From Amphiscolops sp. MND2022 (taxonomy: Eukaryota), in the NCBI GenBank assembly GCA_964187785.1, contig OZ076409.1:97032001-97096000 (forward strand): a stretch of DNA of 64,000 nt, read 5' to 3'. The notes beneath the pieces are model-generated. The model did not search any database and was not told the origin of the DNA. It was given only the letters and a program-made list of their open reading frames with translations. The position numbers were made by a program, and so were the translations under genes. Below, piece after piece: positions 63,098-64,000 of this stretch. Within the stretch, counting starts at the first letter, position 1. Every line of letters starts with the position of its first letter.

Positions 63098-64000
63098 ATG
63101 GAATCCTTGCCCGAAATTGATGTAGTTAACTCTAATCCCTCTGAATTGCTTGCAACCCCTTTGAATATAACTATTCAACAAAATGTTAACGAAGCCAATA
63201 ACTCTTCCTCCAACTCTCAAGATCCTATAGAAAATATCCCTATTGAACAAGTAGATCATGTTAACACAAGATCTCAAAAAAGAAAGTACCCAGATATAAC
63301 CGCAGATAAACCTTTTATGGAATCTGGCGCTTGCCCTCCTTTCATAAAACCAATTAAACAAGATGAAGATAGAGATTGTGAATTATTTCCTATTCTCTCG
63401 TCGAAACAATTCACATTTCAATCTCATTTAACTTCGTTATACATGATTCCAACAAAATACAAATTCATCATCAGAGAATTTAAAAATGATTATCATACAT
63501 CAATTGCTTCAAAACTGATTACCCCATATGATTGGTGGTTAAACAATAAAGTGAAAATTTTCTCACTTCAATACAACTTCCTCAGACCATCTCCATATGA
63601 TCTCCGAACAGAAGAAAATGATGCAAATTTTCTGCCATATCAAATCAAAAAGGCCCACCATATGACTTATCAAAAGTTCCTTCAATATAAAGAGCCCGAT
63701 AATTATATATTCTTCAACTCCAAATATACATCGCCATTCACTTTCAACTCAGAATATTTAATAGATCATACCAAAACAAAAGGAAAACTTAGAAATTATG
63801 ACCCGCTGAAAAAAAGTTTTCTCTTCCTTCCAAATGATAACCCAAAAAGACCAATCATTGTTCCACAAGAATACCTCATTCTAAACGACGATTCGTTACT
63901 ACAAGAAGATATACCTCAACATATATCTGATCCTGTTCCTCCACTTCAACAAATAGCCTCTCAACCATTGGGAGACTGTGAAAAGTCTTATTTCCACGCA
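63098..64000 (+). CDS. Unknown ORF downstream of env (3' truncated by window)
   Basis: ATG at 63098, 301 stop-free codons to the window end (MESLPEIDVVNSNP..PYDWWLNNKVKIFSLQYNFLRP..); absent from the ORF track because no stop is reached. Confidence 0.75.
   Translation, partial: MESLPEIDVVNSNPSELLATPLNITIQQNVNEANNSSSNSQDPIENIPIEQVDHVNTRSQKRKYPDITADKPFMESGACPPFIKPIKQDEDRDCELFPILSSKQFTFQSHLTSLYMIPTKYKFIIREFKNDYHTSIASKLITPYDWWLNNKVKIFSLQYNFLRPSPYDLRTEENDANFLPYQIKKAHHMTYQKFLQYKEPDNYIFFNSKYTSPFTFNSEYLIDHTKTKGKLRNYDPLKKSFLFLPNDNPKRPIIVPQEYLILNDDSLLQEDIPQHISDPVPPLQQIASQPLGDCEKSYFHA

Larger units (their letters stand above)
48114..64000 (+). mobile_element. Giant env-bearing Ty3/Gypsy element (3' end outside window)
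   Basis: Putative 5' LTR 48114-48513 (TGTG..CACA, AATAAA at 48421), PBS-like TGGTGCG at 48517, long leader, gag-pol, three downstream ORFs; G-poor + strand throughout; LTR cannot be confirmed without the 3' copy. Confidence 0.8.

Overview
AT-rich animal (eukaryotic) genomic DNA, almost entirely transposable elements lying in and around the very large introns of a + strand class A GPCR gene. Three phase-compatible exons are visible (31426-31644, 38385-38566, 42629-42918; end of TM5, ICL3, TM6). Main residents: (1) a 10.5 kb non-coding foldback element (2332-12874) with Polinton/Maverick-type AGTAGT termini, a perfect 6-bp TSD and 3.9/5.6 kb inverted arms built from an 84-bp satellite; (2) two complete but mutated Mag-like Ty3/Gypsy LTR elements with 5-bp TSDs; (3) a 1.66 kb solo LTR that itself contains a gag-like ORF start; (4) an intact two-ORF CR1/L2-group LINE; (5) a >15.8 kb Ty3/Gypsy element running off the window end, with an extended Gag, Pol, an S/T/P-rich ORF, a chuvirus/Monjiviricetes-like class III envelope glycoprotein and a further unknown ORF; (6) many MITEs (Merlin-like, piggyBac-like), Helentron/DINE-like elements, tRNA-derived SINEs and a Tc1 remnant. 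A 32-bp minisatellite has amplified the splice acceptor of one GPCR exon ten times. All family assignments are from motif recognition by eye; no database searches were run.
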